DNA of 32,000 nucleotides from Wolbachia endosymbiont of Litomosoides sigmodontis (GTDB lineage Bacteria; Pseudomonadota; Alphaproteobacteria; Rickettsiales; Anaplasmataceae): NCBI RefSeq assembly GCF_013365435.1, contig NZ_CP046577.1, positions 810,001 to 842,000 of the forward strand, read 5' to 3'. Shown piece by piece: positions 30,343 to 32,000 of this stretch (position 1 is its first letter; each line of letters starts with the position of its first letter). The notes under the pieces were generated by a model. It saw only the letters and a program-made list of their open reading frames with translations, ran no database searches and was not told where the DNA came from. The position numbers and the translations under genes were made by a program.

Positions 30343-31158
30343 ATGAAAATAAAGCTATTTTTTACTTTTACCTTACTTTTCTTCAATGCTAGCACATACT
30401 GTAATTGTAAAGATATTATAGAAAATATAGAAACTTGCAAAGAATATACTTGTCAACAATACATTGATAATGAAGACTTTATCGAGCATAAAATATTAGG
30501 CTTAAACAGCAAAGATTTATGTATATATATAGAAAAACAGGATAATGATGAGATGGTTTGTCATCATTCTAAGTATGGAATGATGATAGAGAAAAAATAT
30601 TTTGAAAGCTTTTTCAAAGTTAGCAATCAAGAAATCAATGATTTTATCGATATAGCAAAACAGCGTGCAAAGGAATGTTTTTTTATAAGCAATCAAAAGG
30701 CAAGCTACACAAATCGTGACGATATAATAAAGGAAGCAGTAGAGAGTGAATTTGATACCTTATTACGATATAATGATATAAAAAGCATTTTTTTTGATAA
30801 GGAATCAGTCAATAAAATAGTTAGTGAAATGGAAAAATTTTACCTACGATCCTCAAGAGCTGTAAAAGAGGAGATATTAAGTAATTTTAACAGTAAGGTA
30901 GTAAACTTAGACTCAATTTTATATTTCTCCCCTGACACATGGAAAATATGGGTAAATAGAAAACTGTTTACAAATACTAAAGATTTAAAAGTCCACTCAG
31001 TAACCGAAAATTATGTAACTTTTGTATGGATTATAAACCAAAAAATGACAAAAAAACAACCTAATAATTCTAAAAATATATACCTTGGACATGGGAATGT
31101 TATGTTTACACTTTATCCGAAACAAAAATTTGACTTAGATAACTTATCTATTAAATAA
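30343..31158 (+). CDS. secreted Cys-rich protein with PilP/GspC-HR-like C-terminal segment (hypothetical)
   Basis: 271 aa, starting 4 nt after the upstream stop. It has a signal-peptide-like N-terminus (MKIKLFFTFTLLFFNASTYC) that is not a canonical lipobox, and seven Cys in the first ~115 residues. The C-terminal strand-rich segment (LDSILYFSPDTWKIWVNRKLFTNTKDLKVHSVTENYVTFVW...NVMFTLYP) resembles the PilP/GspC homology-region pattern. Confidence 0.75.
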   Translation: MKIKLFFTFTLLFFNASTYCNCKDIIENIETCKEYTCQQYIDNEDFIEHKILGLNSKDLCIYIEKQDNDEMVCHHSKYGMMIEKKYFESFFKVSNQEINDFIDIAKQRAKECFFISNQKASYTNRDDIIKEAVESEFDTLLRYNDIKSIFFDKESVNKIVSEMEKFYLRSSRAVKEEILSNFNSKVVNLDSILYFSPDTWKIWVNRKLFTNTKDLKVHSVTENYVTFVWIINQKMTKKQPNNSKNIYLGHGNVMFTLYPKQKFDLDNLSIK

Positions 31159-31170
31159 TTTAATAGCTTT

Positions 31171-31244
31171 GCGCTTGTAGCTCAGCTGGATAGAGCGTTG
31201 CCCTCCGGAGGTAAAGGTCGTGGGTTCGAATCCCCTCAAGCGCA
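31171..31244 (+). tRNA. tRNA-Arg (anticodon CCG)
   Basis: Hand-folded cloverleaf. The acceptor stem gcgcttg/caagcgc is perfect. The D arm is gctc-agctggata-gagc. The anticodon stem is ttgcc/ggtaa with loop ctCCGga, and the variable loop is aggtc. The T arm is gtggg-ttcgaat-cccct, with one G-U and one U-C mismatch. The discriminator is A, and no CCA is encoded. Confidence 0.88.
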
Positions 31245-32000
31245 CTATAACTTAATCAAGAAAAAAATCTATCTTCATAAAACGCGCTTAAGACTTTCAT
31301 GAAGAATGAAGTAATACATCATATTTTGGAGCTACACCTTAACTAACTTACTACCTGAAAGATCTTTTTCTTGATCTATAACTACTTCAGCATGCCCCTC
31401 TTCGCTTCTCTTTCTCTATTCGTTTTTTCAACAAAGATTATTCATTAGCTAAATCCTTTGTCATAAATTCTGTTCATACTTAGATTAAGTACAGTAAAAT
31501 ATGTAAGCTTAGCTAATTCTTTTGCACCTTTAATCATCAGTTCTTGCATATTTAAAACTAAGTTTCACAATGTGTTTGTTGCTTTTAAAAACTTACTGGC
31601 TTGCTTATATTGATCGTAGTATCTAATACTTTTAAGTATTAGCTCCCACATACTAGTTAAAGTTTACTTACCTCCCCACGATATATTTACATTAATATCT
31701 TAACTAGCACTTCAGTAGTAACTGCCAACCACTTTATGTAACGTTCAAAAGCATATAAGGGTTACACGCAAAAGATAAGACTTAGTTTCACATACCCTTT
31801 TCTCTAAGCAGCTTTTCCCATAGCAGCGGCATCTCGTTCTTCCTAAAATCTACCACTTAAGATGACCTGATTGGATCTTATCTGAAACATCTTCTTTTAC
31901 TTTTTGCACAAAATGATTCAAACGTAAGATGTGTAATGCATTTTTTATTAAATTTGACAATATCATTTTCACAAGATAATATAAAGAGTTTATTCAAAGC

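Noticed and set aside
1-32000. Search for CRISPR arrays, rRNA, tmRNA, RNase P or SRP RNA signatures in the gene-free tracts
   Set aside because: I found no regularly spaced direct repeats and none of the conserved cores I know (e.g. the RNase P GAGGAAAGTCC motif or the SRP GGAAGCAGCC motif). A covariance-model scan would be needed to exclude divergent RNAs.

Overview
This is an AT-rich chromosome segment. Its gene content and style fit an obligate intracellular alphaproteobacterium of the Rickettsiales, most like Wolbachia/Anaplasmataceae. That assignment is an inference from gene content, with no database search. The backbone is ordinary housekeeping: serS (5' end only), dusB, pheT, the F0 ATP synthase operon atpB-atpE-b'-b, ctaA/COX15, pccA-type biotin carboxylase, gltX, a MidA-family methyltransferase, dapD, sdhA, pyrC and tRNA-Arg(CCG). 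Accessory genes are interspersed among these. They include an N-terminally membrane-anchored Ulp1/CE-clan cysteine protease and two ankyrin-repeat proteins (245 aa and 1107 aa), each ending in a transmembrane hairpin. There is also an orphan 'addiction-module antidote'-like HTH gene abutting a small unknown ORF. Two diverged, decayed IS630-family elements lie in the same orientation about 20 kb apart, and there is a frameshifted repeat-protein remnant. The most interesting feature is a tightly packed three-gene cluster (28265-31158). Its products have the domain architecture of a type IV pilus / type II secretion inner-membrane platform: PilM-PilN (or GspL)-like, PilO (or GspM)-like, and a secreted Cys-rich protein with a PilP-like C-terminus. 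No secretin, ATPase or pilin gene lies nearby. By my own calls only about 74% of the window is coding, with four gene-free tracts of 0.8-2.5 kb, which fits ongoing reductive decay. I found no rRNA, CRISPR array or phage structural genes.
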